Counted from the stretch's first letter, positions 17,733 to 26,899 are shown. The stretch: DNA of 29,208 nucleotides from Candidatus Helarchaeota archaeon (GCA_029838215.1 JALGVI010000045.1:1-29208); one strand, 5' to 3'. Translations and numbers: made by a program. Notes: generated by a model not told the origin, from the letters alone.

Positions 17733-19400
17733 TTACATCATTCCAGGCATTCCGCCCATTCCTCCCATTCCGGGTGGCATTCCACCCATGCCTCCCATTC
17801 CACCAGGTGGCATTGGCGGGGCACCTGCTTTAGCAGCAATCACGTCATCAATTCGTAGTATCATTGACGCTGCTTCAACGGCAGATTTAATTGCCTGAGA
17901 TTTTACTACAAGTGGTTCAATAATCCCTTCTTCGAGCATATCAACGATCTTACCGGCAAAAACATTTAATCCCATGTTCTTTCCACCAGCATCGTGTTTT
18001 GATCGCATTTCCACTAGAATGTCGATTGGGTCAAGACCTGCATTTTCGGCCAAAGTTTTTGGAATGATCTCAAGAGCATCGGCTAGAATTTCAATAGCTA
18101 ATTGCTCACGACCTCCAATTGAAGATGCATATTCTCTCAATTGACGAGAAACCTCAACTTCAACAGCACCACCACCAGGAACAATCTTGCTGTTTATAAC
18201 GATGTCTTTTGCAACACATAAAGCGTCATGAAGAGCTCGGTCTGCTTCATCGACAACGTGTTCAACACCGCCGCGTATGAGAATGCTCACGGCTTTTAGA
18301 TCTTTAGCACCCGTTATGAAGACCATCTTATCATCGGCAATTTTCTTTTCTTCAATGAGACCAGCAGTACCTAAATCACTTTCGCTCAGGTCATCAAGAT
18401 TCATTACTATTCTTCCACCTGTCGCTCGAGCAAGTTTTTCCATGTCGGACTTCTTCACACGGCGAACAGCAGAAATTCCATTCTTTGCAAAAAGATGTTG
18501 CACCATATCATCAATGCCTTTCTGACAAAAGACAAAATTCGTGCCAACAGCCTTTATCTTGTCCACCATTTGGTTAAGGATTTTTTCTTCCTGATCTAGA
18601 AAGGCCTGAAGTTGTGTTGGATCGTTAATCCGAATTTCAGAATCAAATTCAGTTTTCTTGATCTCCAATGCCTTGTCAAGGAGAGCAACCTTTGCATCAG
18701 GAATCTTTTTAGCCATTCCATCGTGAACGATTTCTTTATCGATGATAATACCGTCAATTAGTTCCGTGTCCAATAAACTCTTGCCTTTCTTTTTCTGGAT
18801 CTGTATTTGTTCAAGATCCACGTAATTTTTATTATCACGGATTTCTTTAACTTGCGTGACGGCTTTCACTGCAATCTCAGCGAATTTTTCTTTTACACCT
18901 GAAACTGCTTTACTATTCATGCTCGTGATCGTTGCGTCCATTATTTCCTTTCCATCCAAAGAAACTTCCTTGGCAATTGATTGGAGAATTTCTTGTGCTT
19001 TATCTGCACCCTTCTTCAGTCCTTGCACGATTGTTGTTGGATGGATTTTCTTCTCAAAGAGGGCTTCTGCATATTTCAAAATTTCGCCAGCGAAGATAAC
19101 AGATGTCGTGGTTCCGTCTCCAACTGCAGTATCCTGCGTCTTGGCAATCTCAACCATCATTTTGGCGGCAGGATGTTGCACGTCGATTTCGTCGAGAATA
19201 GTTGCACCGTCGTTCGTAATGGTAACATCGCCCAAAGAATCTACCAGCATCTTATCCATGCCGCGAGGCCCGAGTGTGGTACGGACGGTCTCGGCAATAA
19301 TTTTAGACGCACTTATGTTATTCTTCATGGCGTCCTTACCCTTGCGCTGTTCAGTTCCTTCTTTCAGAATCAAAACAGGCGTTCCACTTAAGTAAGCCAT
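17733..19400 (-). CDS. Thermosome (group II chaperonin) subunit, first paralog, with GGM tail
   Basis: [34 protein letters not shown]-terminal [11 protein letters not shown]. The ATG at 19400 follows a GGTGA RBS; the track start at 19409 is a GTG inside that RBS. Confidence 0.98.
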   Translation of the reverse strand: MAYLSGTPVLILKEGTEQRKGKDAMKNNISASKIIAETVRTTLGPRGMDKMLVDSLGDVTITNDGATILDEIDVQHPAAKMMVEIAKTQDTAVGDGTTTSVIFAGEILKYAEALFEKKIHPTTIVQGLKKGADKAQEILQSIAKEVSLDGKEIMDATITSMNSKAVSGVKEKFAEIAVKAVTQVKEIRDNKNYVDLEQIQIQKKKGKSLLDTELIDGIIIDKEIVHDGMAKKIPDAKVALLDKALEIKKTEFDSEIRINDPTQLQAFLDQEEKILNQMVDKIKAVGTNFVFCQKGIDDMVQHLFAKNGISAVRRVKKSDMEKLARATGGRIVMNLDDLSESDLGTAGLIEEKKIADDKMVFITGAKDLKAVSILIRGGVEHVVDEADRALHDALCVAKDIVINSKIVPGGGAVEVEVSRQLREYASSIGGREQLAIEILADALEIIPKTLAENAGLDPIDILVEMRSKHDAGGKNMGLNVFAGKIVDMLEEGIIEPLVVKSQAIKSAVEAASMILRIDDVIAAKAGAPPMPPGGMGGMGGMPPGMGGMGGMPGMM

Positions 19401-19460
19401 TTCATTCACCTTTTTGTTTTTTTTTCAATATTACAATTATTTATAAGAAGAGCTTAATCT

Positions 19461-19493
19461 AGTGTATTTCTCACAGCTTGTGAGTAACACACT
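19461..19493. promoter_or_regulatory. Inverted repeat (15-bp arms, 13/15 match, 3-bp spacer) with core CTCAC-N5-GTGAG; candidate heat-shock operator
   Basis: AGTGTATTTCTCACA-GCT-TGTGAGTAACACACT lies between the predicted TATA box and the first thermosome start codon. Confidence 0.6.
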
Positions 19494-19518
19494 TCTTTTC
19501 TCTTTTTACTTCCCACAT

Positions 19519-19540
19519 TATTTAAATATAAAAGTTTCGG
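19519..19540 (-). promoter_or_regulatory. BRE + TATA box of the chaperone cluster
   Basis: The minus strand reads CCGAAACT-TTTATATTTAAATA, matching archaeal BRE (cRnaANt) followed by TTTAWA. Confidence 0.6.
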
Positions 19541-19680
19541 ATTTGCACTTCCATTTTTCGAATTTGGACTTCGCATCATTGGTTCAAATGAAAAAAATAG
19601 CGCCGATTTTTCACAAGAAAAATGGGGTTTAAAACAGAATCGCTGAGAATTAATGCTAGAAACGCAAGAGGATTTTCACG

Positions 19681-20208
19681 ATGATAAGTCAAACGGAATT
19701 TATCTCCGATGAAGCCATTTATTCAACAATTTCCAAACACGTTAATCAAATGACTGAAGAGTTGGTTTTTGTGACGCCATGGTTTGAAGACGGACATCTT
19801 ATCGAGCAAATGGTCATCAAACGTGAAGAAGAAGGCATCGGTATTAGTGCAATCACGAGATTTTATGCTAAGAGAAACATCAAGCATCGTGATGCGATAT
19901 TTCGATTGGATGAAAGCGGTGCACGCGTGTATTTAAATAAAGTTCTCCATGCAAAAATGTTCATTTTTGATTCCAAAACTCTAATTCTCTGCTCTTCAAA
20001 TTTGATCGGGACATCCTTATTTCGTAATCATGAAGTTGGTATTGTCTCAACAGAACCGGTATTGGTTCGTAATGCACTTGATTACTGTTCATGGTTAAAA
20101 CAGAACTCTCATCTTTTCAGACCGAGAAGGATTTCACGATACCAACGCCCAAAACGTCAAAAGTCCAGAGTCAGACCATCATATCCGACCACGAACCGTT
20201 CACCGTGA
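19681..20208 (+). CDS. Phospholipase D-like (single HKD) nuclease-domain protein
   Basis: LHAKMFIFDSKTLILCSSNL...RNHEVG = HxK-x4-D-x6-(G/C)SxN. Confidence 0.88.
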   Translation: MISQTEFISDEAIYSTISKHVNQMTEELVFVTPWFEDGHLIEQMVIKREEEGIGISAITRFYAKRNIKHRDAIFRLDESGARVYLNKVLHAKMFIFDSKTLILCSSNLIGTSLFRNHEVGIVSTEPVLVRNALDYCSWLKQNSHLFRPRRISRYQRPKRQKSRVRPSYPTTNRSP

Positions 20209-21026
20209 TTTTTCATCCGTTCGACGAATTCTAAGTGCGGAGGGACGTAATGCGACATGTGAACGAAGATGACTTTTTTTGCTCCGATTTGTTTGCTGAA
20301 TGCAATCGCCTCAGGCAAGATAAAATGAGATTCTCGCAAGAATTCGACATTTCTATCGGTGAACATGTCAATGATTGCTACGTCAGGGTTGATGGATATC
20401 ATTTTGAGGGTTTTTTCAGGAATATTTGGGGATGTATCACCCGTCACCACGATTTTTTTCTGACCGTGAGTGATGAGAAAGCCTCGGGCACTCATGCCTT
20501 CATTTCGCGACCTATGATTGACTTTAAAAGATTGAAACTCGATTCCCGCAAATTCGACCTTCTCATAGATACCGAGCGGACGACGTCGAAAAGGGAGGAT
20601 GTTTTGAAGATTTCGTTCTACGAGTAAATGGTTTATTACATCTTCACCTGCAAATAGAAGAACTTTTTCCGATGCTTTAATTTTATATCTATAAAAATTA
20701 AATAACCCGCTAGAATGGTCGAAATGTTCGTGAGTTAAGAATACGGCATCAATTTTCTCCACGCCTTCTCTAATTAATTGAAAGCGAAGATCAGGTGATG
20801 CGTCAATAAGAATGTTTTTTCCGTCATCAGCTTGAATTAAAATGGAGAATCGCGTGCGAGAATGTTCTGGGTGCTTTCTGGCGTTCTCGCAAGTTTTGCA
20901 ATGACAATTTAGCGCAGGTGTGCCCGGGGTATCCCCACTACCAAGAATCGTTAATTTCACTTGCCACACATCTTTATCAGTTAAACTGAAAAATTCAGCT
21001 TCAGAAATTTTATATAAATCTTGCAT
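20157..21026 (-). CDS. MBL-fold metallohydrolase, PhnP-like
   Basis: ILGSG..PGTP..NCHCKTC, ILIDASPDLR.Q, THEHFDH, FKVNH, TGDT, SHF, HMSH. Confidence 0.9.
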   Translation of the reverse strand: MQDLYKISEAEFFSLTDKDVWQVKLTILGSGDTPGTPALNCHCKTCENARKHPEHSRTRFSILIQADDGKNILIDASPDLRFQLIREGVEKIDAVFLTHEHFDHSSGLFNFYRYKIKASEKVLLFAGEDVINHLLVERNLQNILPFRRRPLGIYEKVEFAGIEFQSFKVNHRSRNEGMSARGFLITHGQKKIVVTGDTSPNIPEKTLKMISINPDVAIIDMFTDRNVEFLRESHFILPEAIAFSKQIGAKKVIFVHMSHYVPPHLEFVERMKNHGERFVVGYDGLTLDF

Positions 21027-21074
21027 TTAAACAAAGTCTAATTTTTCAAATGCGATTTGAAGGAGATTTGAATT

Positions 21075-21554
21075 TTGGACAAGAATTTCAAGGATTATAT
21101 CTTTATCGACAAGATCAAATACGTGAGAGCAAAGAAATCAGAATCAGATGGAACTCCATGTATTTTCTGTAATCTCAAAGAACAAATACTCGATGCCAAC
21201 GAGCAAAGTTACTGTATTTTAAATAAATATCCATATAATCCGGGTCATCTTCTCATCATACCAAAACGACATGTTGAGAATTTTGAGGACTTGACGGACA
21301 AAGAACATCTTGCTTGTTTTGAATTAATCAAAAAGATGTTGGCTCTTCTCCGAAAGACATATTCGCCACATGGATTCAATATAGGACTAAATTTGGGTGA
21401 AGCAGCAGGTGCGAGCATCAGGCATCTTCACATTCACTTGGTGCCTCGATATAAATCAGAATTAGGCTTCATGGACGTCTTGTCAAGCACGCGAACCATC
21501 GTGGAGCCGCTTAAAGATACGTTCGTTCGGTTAAAAAAGAACTTGAAGCAATAA
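21075..21554 (+). CDS. HIT family nucleotide hydrolase/transferase (Ap4A phosphorylase / FHIT-like)
   Basis: CIFC, NKYPYNPGHLLIIPKRH, NLGEAAGASIRHLHIHLVPR; TTG start after AAGGAG. Confidence 0.93.
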   Translation: MDKNFKDYIFIDKIKYVRAKKSESDGTPCIFCNLKEQILDANEQSYCILNKYPYNPGHLLIIPKRHVENFEDLTDKEHLACFELIKKMLALLRKTYSPHGFNIGLNLGEAAGASIRHLHIHLVPRYKSELGFMDVLSSTRTIVEPLKDTFVRLKKNLKQ

Positions 21555-21688
21555 GAAAATTAGTAGTTTTCCTAACGAAAATCATTAAAATGGATGATTA
21601 ACAAAGATAATGAATGAGCCACAAATTGTGAGAAGATTCAAAAAAATTTCTTGCTTGCAAGAGATTGTTAATTAATGGTGAAAGAATT

Positions 21689-21988
21689 ATGAGTAAGGAT
21701 GAAATGTGTGCGATTCTTGATAAAACTTTAGAACCAGGACATCGTTCTGTTATCGTCTATACAAAAGATTACGTATATTGCTTGTTGTCTAGTGAAGACT
21801 TGGAAACATGGACTGAGGCGGTCTTTGAATTTCCAAATACGTTTTCAAAAAAAGAAATAAAAGCATCAATAGCACTTGCAAACTTGATCGAAGAACTCAC
21901 ACAAGGTCTGCCGGGGTACTTCTCGGAATTACCAGTAGTCAAGGATCCTGGTGAAGTTAATAAAGTAAAAAGCATGATAACAGGTTAA
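21689..21988 (+). CDS. Hypothetical protein (99 aa)
   Basis: ATG at 21689 preceded by GGTGA; the ORF fills the gap between HIT and recJ; no motif recognised. Confidence 0.6.
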   Translation: MSKDEMCAILDKTLEPGHRSVIVYTKDYVYCLLSSEDLETWTEAVFEFPNTFSKKEIKASIALANLIEELTQGLPGYFSELPVVKDPGEVNKVKSMITG

Positions 21989-22000
21989 AACGAACATTTT

Positions 22001-23416
22001 TTATTCTTTTTTCTTTTCCTTTACTTGATGTTTTAATTCTTCATCAAGAGAAGATAGAAAATCATTTATTTTATTTTTTTCTATGGAACCTCCACCCGAG
22101 TTGTCGTGTCCTCCTCCATATCCTCCCGATTTTTTAGCGGCTACTTTTAAAGCACTACCGACGTTGATCCCCGCTCGTCTTGCAGAGTCCATGTGACATC
22201 GAGCTGAGAATTTCACGTTATCATTTTCAGATGCCATGCATACCAAAGTTTTGGCACAGGAATTTAAATCAGAAGATAGGACCATCGTGCAAACGGTACC
22301 TATCATTTTTGGTTCAATTTTGTTGGAAAAAATGTACTCAAGATTATCACTAACGTTAACGCGCGACGCACTGGCTTCCTTTATCCCTTCGAATAATTTG
22401 TTTGTATCATCTTCGAATAATTTCAAGGCACGTTTATATTTTTCTTCGTGACCATTCATTATGAGGTCCATTCCCAGTTCAGGAGCATTTCGGCGGGCAG
22501 CCGCATTAAGCAAGAACCCAAATTCTCGTGCATCACGTCGCATCGTTCCTTTTTTTTCGTTACAGAGGGTGAAAACATCACCAGAAAAGTTTTTCACGAC
22601 TTTGGGAGGAAGCCCTACTTCAGTCATTCTTTCTTTTAATTTGTTTATAAATAGATTCTTTTGATCAACGGTTAGATCGTGCCATTTATCATTCTCGTTA
22701 AGTCCGAGATCATTAATAAATTTTTGACTTTCTTCAAGGTGAGCCGTGAGTGAAGGAAGAACCGGAAACGAAATGAATAACATGTTTAAAAGCGTGTAAG
22801 TTTCTCTTCCCAATAATCGAATGTCATTTTCCTTCTTGACATATCCTTTCTTTTCACATTCGTCTAGAATCACGGTATTTATGCCAATTAGGCTTCCTTC
22901 AGCATCCTGCCACTCGGCAATCGCCGCCACGATGGCATATGGTGCAAAATGCTCGAAATCACCCATTTCTTTTATAATAAGATAAGCGAGACCTCCAGCA
23001 CAAATGGAAAGAGTACCATCTATTCCAACAAGCCATGGATTTGCATGGATTAAATGAGTAGATTCTTCATCAGATGGCTCATATATCGTCTTATGATGAT
23101 CAACGATTACGATTTTTTTATCAGGGTACAACTTGAGAATTGTTTCGAGCTGCGTGGATCCGGAATCCACGAAGATCAAGGTATCGAATGAATCAGGATC
23201 AAGAGATGAGATGACTTTCTCATTAATGGAATATGCAAATTTATAGGAAATGTTTTTTTTCTCATTTTGAAGAGCTACACCCAATAGACCCGCCGATACG
23301 ATTCCGTCAGCATCAAGGTGCGCCACGCAAAAAAAACGAGATCCCCTTTTCTTTTCCGAAAGAAGAAATTTCGCCACCTTTCGGATGTCCGGAAGCAGCT
23401 TCTGATATTCTTCCAT
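22001..23416 (-). CDS. recJ: Archaeal RecJ/GAN-like DHH-family ssDNA exonuclease (Cdc45 homolog)
   Basis: HLDADGIVSA, FVDSG, IVDHH, NPW..GIDG, DAREFGFLLNAAAR, KFSAR, GGGHD. Confidence 0.85.
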   Translation of the reverse strand: MEEYQKLLPDIRKVAKFLLSEKKRGSRFFCVAHLDADGIVSAGLLGVALQNEKKNISYKFAYSINEKVISSLDPDSFDTLIFVDSGSTQLETILKLYPDKKIVIVDHHKTIYEPSDEESTHLIHANPWLVGIDGTLSICAGGLAYLIIKEMGDFEHFAPYAIVAAIAEWQDAEGSLIGINTVILDECEKKGYVKKENDIRLLGRETYTLLNMLFISFPVLPSLTAHLEESQKFINDLGLNENDKWHDLTVDQKNLFINKLKERMTEVGLPPKVVKNFSGDVFTLCNEKKGTMRRDAREFGFLLNAAARRNAPELGMDLIMNGHEEKYKRALKLFEDDTNKLFEGIKEASASRVNVSDNLEYIFSNKIEPKMIGTVCTMVLSSDLNSCAKTLVCMASENDNVKFSARCHMDSARRAGINVGSALKVAAKKSGGYGGGHDNSGGGSIEKNKINDFLSSLDEELKHQVKEKKKE

Positions 23417-23429
23417 GAGACCGTCTCAT
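23415..23429. promoter_or_regulatory. Palindrome ATGAGAC-C-GTCTCAT overlapping the recJ start codon
   Basis: Perfect 7-bp arms; a TATA-like TTTATTTAAAA lies about 20-30 bp upstream on the minus strand. Confidence 0.3.
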
Positions 23430-23508
23430 CTGAAATTTTAAATAAAAATTAGGTTTTTACGAAAATGGAGGAAAAATCATTCTTTAAAGTTATTTTTGCC
23501 TGCTAATC

Positions 23509-24804
23509 TTAAAGAAATGATAGGATTCTAAAGATTTTATTAATGACATCTGTTGCACTTCGTCCAAAAATTCGAATCATCGGTTCCTTTTTAAAATCTC
23601 CCCTGTCAAAAATTGCATCAGGTATCTTACCGTGGCGTTTGTATACTTCTTCTACAACCCACTCCATCGTACCTCCTTCTTTTTGCAAGTTTTTTGGAGG
23701 TTCTTTTCTCCTATCAATTTCTTGAACGTCAAGTTTTGCTAACTGACAAGCTTCAACGTGTTCCTCTTTAAAACGGATGTTAATTGCAGCTCGGATTGAA
23801 TTATCCAAACGTTGGGCAGATAAAAGCAAGCGAGGAACGTGATGAATGCCACCCAGTTCTAGAGGACCAATCGCAATAGGATAACCGTAGGATTGCGTGA
23901 TTCGACCTTCCGTTGTCACGATATCCTCCAAAGATCTCATTTGTTCAGATCCAACTGCGAGATTACTCCTTACTTCTGCAATTAGTTTACAGAAACCTTT
24001 CGAATTTTCCAATCGGGCAATGCCTTGCCTAAATTCACGCTCAAGCGTCATTATTTGCTCATTCTCTAGTAATGCTCTTTCTTTCATTATTCCCGATACA
24101 TGATCTTCCGCTCGATGGAAGGCTACTTGAGGTGTTGAACCATTGATGATCCCTGCGAGGAGTGCCGCAGAAAAAACGCACCCCGTACCGTGTGCAGAAG
24201 CGTTGATTCGCTTTTTTTCGTGGATATGAAAGTCGTCTTCCAGATAAAACATGTCGGTGATCTTGGGAGTATTTAGATGACTTCCCTTCATCAAAATGCC
24301 TTGTATTCCCATATCACGCATTTTTTTCGCTGCAATTTTCATATCTTCGAGTGTTCGAATCTTGATCTTGGCAATCCTTTCTGCTTCGTGTATGTTGGGT
24401 GTGATAATGGTGGCAAGCGGTAATAATGTATCAATTAAAGGAATAATTGCATCTTCCTGTAACAGTAATGCACCCGATCCTGCGATCATGACTGGATCAA
24501 TAATTAAAGGTCCGTCATATTTGTGAAGTTTTTCTCTAAGGATTTCAATCGTGTTCGCCGTGTAAAGCATTCCAGTTTTAATACCATCAATATTAAAAGA
24601 AGATCGAACGGCTTCAAATTGGTCAGAAATAGATTCAGCAGGGACAGTATGAATAGATAGGACTTTTTCGGGAGCCTGCGCAGTAATGGCAGTAATCACG
24701 CTCAAGCCATGTACCTTGAAATGTTTGAACGTTTTCAAATCGGCTTGGATACCAGCCATCCCATCGCTATCAGATCCTGCAATAGTTAGAGCAGTTTTCA
24801 TCAT
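23509..24804 (-). CDS. thiDN: Bifunctional HMP/HMP-P kinase - thiamine-phosphate synthase (ThiD-ThiN fusion)
   Basis: ALTIAGSDSDGMAGIQADLKTF, IKTGML, IDPVM, TPNIHEA, HGTGC, then ThiN: EVRSNL, AAINIRF, PDAIFDRG..KKEPMIRIFG. Start adjusted to MMKTAL after a GGTG RBS. Confidence 0.95.
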   Translation of the reverse strand: MMKTALTIAGSDSDGMAGIQADLKTFKHFKVHGLSVITAITAQAPEKVLSIHTVPAESISDQFEAVRSSFNIDGIKTGMLYTANTIEILREKLHKYDGPLIIDPVMIAGSGALLLQEDAIIPLIDTLLPLATIITPNIHEAERIAKIKIRTLEDMKIAAKKMRDMGIQGILMKGSHLNTPKITDMFYLEDDFHIHEKKRINASAHGTGCVFSAALLAGIINGSTPQVAFHRAEDHVSGIMKERALLENEQIMTLEREFRQGIARLENSKGFCKLIAEVRSNLAVGSEQMRSLEDIVTTEGRITQSYGYPIAIGPLELGGIHHVPRLLLSAQRLDNSIRAAINIRFKEEHVEACQLAKLDVQEIDRRKEPPKNLQKEGGTMEWVVEEVYKRHGKIPDAIFDRGDFKKEPMIRIFGRSATDVINKIFRILSFL

Positions 24805-24927
24805 TAACACCTGAGAATAATTAGATTCCACAATAAATAAATCTCAAGACATGAAGAATAATTTAATTCATAATTTCATGATAAATTTTAAGCATTAGTA
24901 TTAAAATTCGCTCCACCCGAGGCATGA

Positions 24928-25362
24928 ATGATGGGGATGCTTTTAGAAACAAATCTCGGTGCAAAAAAATTACGGCAGCTAAAAAAAATTCTTATAACAG
25001 GAACGTGCGTGCCAAAACGTTATCCAGAAATTTTTAAAAAATTTAAGACCGATGATCTGGTTCATCTACACGTGTGTTTAGAAACGCACCACATGTCCAT
25101 GGCAGGATATAAATTAGCAAAAATGGTCGAATTTTCAAATATCGAGGAAATCATCATCCTAACTGTAGATGGTAGCCCTCACTGTTTCCAACTTCACGTC
25201 ATTGGTCAAGACATCAAGCGACATTGGAAACCAGAAGCCAATATCGAACATTGGGTCATCGAACACGGCGAATTGATCTCCATTGATTATCAAACCATCA
25301 CGGTGGGACGACATCTCCATCGCGTTAAAAAACTCTTGGATGAGAAAAAATCAAAGGAATGA
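24928..25362 (+). CDS. Conserved hypothetical Cys/His protein (TVDGSPHCxQLH), possibly metal or Fe-S binding
   Basis: ILITGTC...HVCLE...ILTVDGSPHCFQLH resembles the C-terminal domain (LIAADC...CPKLD...MEVPCC) of ferredoxin-fused proteins. Recognised from memory only. Confidence 0.5.
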   Translation: MMGMLLETNLGAKKLRQLKKILITGTCVPKRYPEIFKKFKTDDLVHLHVCLETHHMSMAGYKLAKMVEFSNIEEIIILTVDGSPHCFQLHVIGQDIKRHWKPEANIEHWVIEHGELISIDYQTITVGRHLHRVKKLLDEKKSKE

Positions 25363-25369
25363 GAACGAA

Positions 25370-26275
25370 TTGAAAACGATAATCAAAATTGAGATAGCAA
25401 TAGCAGTGGCATCTTTCCCAATCTTCCTGATCGGAGGAATATTTACTAATTTAGCCGTTGCAATGATCCTTTACTTGCTAATTCCAGCATTTGAAACAGG
25501 AGTTCATGGTGGTATTTGGCTCTGGGATTATCTTGCGACTTCAAATCTTTTTGAAAAGGGTTTCCCACCTGTTGTCAAAGTTCTAGCAGGATTTTTTTTG
25601 GTGAGCCTGTTGATTTTCTTGATAATTGGTTTCTCTCAGAGTTTTATTGCACCAGTAAGTTTCATGCTCATTGTTGTGGACATGATCACCAGCACTCTCT
25701 GGTTCATGCTATTTTATTTTCTCGGATACATCATCACGATTTGGGTTCCTAACGATAGTTCGGAATCGGAACAGGCAAGCCAACTCAGCATCGAGTGGAA
25801 AAAAAGTTTAATTTTACTCGGAATTTTTGCCGTAATTCTCTTGACCAGTCTTATAATTGCATTACCTATAGTAATACTGCTTGTTTTTCCACCAGAGTTA
25901 ATTTTCAGAATTGTTTTTACAATTTTTTCCGGCGAACTCGGCTTTATCCTTGCGGTTCTTGTTTGGATGCACGTCCGGAAAACCAACCTTCTTCAAGGGC
26001 AATTTTTACAAAAACTAAAACTATTTTCGATCGGTTCGTTAATCCCAATTCCGATTCTCATCGCAGGAGGAATGATAAGCCTGGTTCTCGGTTCTCCAGT
26101 ACTCCTTCAGATAGAGTTGTTATCAGTAAATTTATTCCTCTTTTGGATGTTTTCTTATTTCGTTGGATTATTTTATGCACTTCTTAAAAAAGAAAGAATT
26201 AACATACACGTAAAGACCAAAAGTCACCATGAGACCTTCAAAAATGAAAGCATATGGCAAAATTGTAATGATTAA
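25370..26275 (+). CDS. Hypothetical multi-pass membrane protein
   Basis: About 7-8 hydrophobic segments. The in-frame TTG at 25370, just after the upstream stop, is preferred to the track start at 25283. Confidence 0.7.
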   Translation: MKTIIKIEIAIAVASFPIFLIGGIFTNLAVAMILYLLIPAFETGVHGGIWLWDYLATSNLFEKGFPPVVKVLAGFFLVSLLIFLIIGFSQSFIAPVSFMLIVVDMITSTLWFMLFYFLGYIITIWVPNDSSESEQASQLSIEWKKSLILLGIFAVILLTSLIIALPIVILLVFPPELIFRIVFTIFSGELGFILAVLVWMHVRKTNLLQGQFLQKLKLFSIGSLIPIPILIAGGMISLVLGSPVLLQIELLSVNLFLFWMFSYFVGLFYALLKKERINIHVKTKSHHETFKNESIWQNCND

Positions 26276-26899
26276 AAGCTCGTTTTTTTGGGGACGGAAT
26301 ATCAAAAAACGGAGGCAAATCACGATGCCATATATGAATGCAGGAATCCAGAAAGGAAGCATGTACGTTGAATAAATGGTAATTCGAAGGCAAATTAAAA
26401 TTACGAGGTCCACGGTTAGCTTCGTGTCGACCCAACCCCGAAAAATCTTGAATCCATCCTTGTGAAACGGCTCTCCCTTGAACCATTTAATGCCAAAGAT
26501 CTTCCTAAAAAGAAGAAAAACTTGCCCCCAGAATAATATCATCCAAAGCGGAAGCAGTCCGTTTAGGAGCGGAATTAATGGAATAGAAGTGTAACCATAA
26601 ACGTTGTTTAGCATAGACATCAAATCATTCCCTCCTCCAGCCAAGACACCAAAAAGATAGAAGAGCCAGTCTCCTTTTTCATTAATGAGTAAAAATCGGA
26701 GTCCAAGATTGATTCCAAAAATAATCGTGATGATTAAAGTGAAAATGACGTTGATGGACGACAACCAACCTAAGAATCCAACGGAAATGATGATTGGTAA
26801 TAGAAAAATGACTTCTAGGATGAGACGTTGTTCGGGATTTTTTGGTGGAAATCCAAATAGAGAGTTGTTTTTTAGTTCGGAATTTTCAAGATCGGTCAT
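26168..26899 (-). CDS. Multi-pass membrane protein with internal repeat (DUF2878/CruF-like motif), probably 3'-truncated
   Basis: NDLMSMLNNVYGY...GLLPLWMILFWG; a second repeat FEGLMVTFGLYVY stops before its P-x-W part. GGTGAG RBS; 15 bp downstream of the radical SAM gene. Confidence 0.6.
   Translation of the reverse strand: MTDLENSELKNNSLFGFPPKNPEQRLILEVIFLLPIIISVGFLGWLSSINVIFTLIITIIFGINLGLRFLLINEKGDWLFYLFGVLAGGGNDLMSMLNNVYGYTSIPLIPLLNGLLPLWMILFWGQVFLLFRKIFGIKWFKGEPFHKDGFKIFRGWVDTKLTVDLVILICLRITIYSTYMLPFWIPAFIYGIVICLRFLIFRPQKNELLIITILPYAFIFEGLMVTFGLYVYVNSFFFKKCIK

Noticed and set aside
17733-17830. GGM/PPGM low-complexity repeats
   Set aside because: Well-known chaperonin C-terminal tail.
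12327-19395. Many plus-strand ORFs (60-179 aa) inside dnaJ, dnaK, hsp20 and the thermosome genes
   Set aside because: Long antisense frames are common in highly expressed chaperone genes because of codon bias; none has a recognisable motif.
19410-19680. CIRCE (TTAGCACTC-N9-GAGTGCTAA) upstream of a dnaK-containing cluster
   Set aside because: No match here or in the hsp20-grpE intergenic regions; no hrcA in the window.
22001-23416. RecJ/GAN as a Cdc45-like eukaryotic signature
   Set aside because: This homology is established and widespread across archaea; not novel.
25340-25375. Possible selenocysteine read-through of the TGA ending ORF 24928..25362
   Set aside because: The downstream ORF is in a different frame, the TGA follows a Lys-rich natural C-terminus, and no SECIS-like hairpin was seen.
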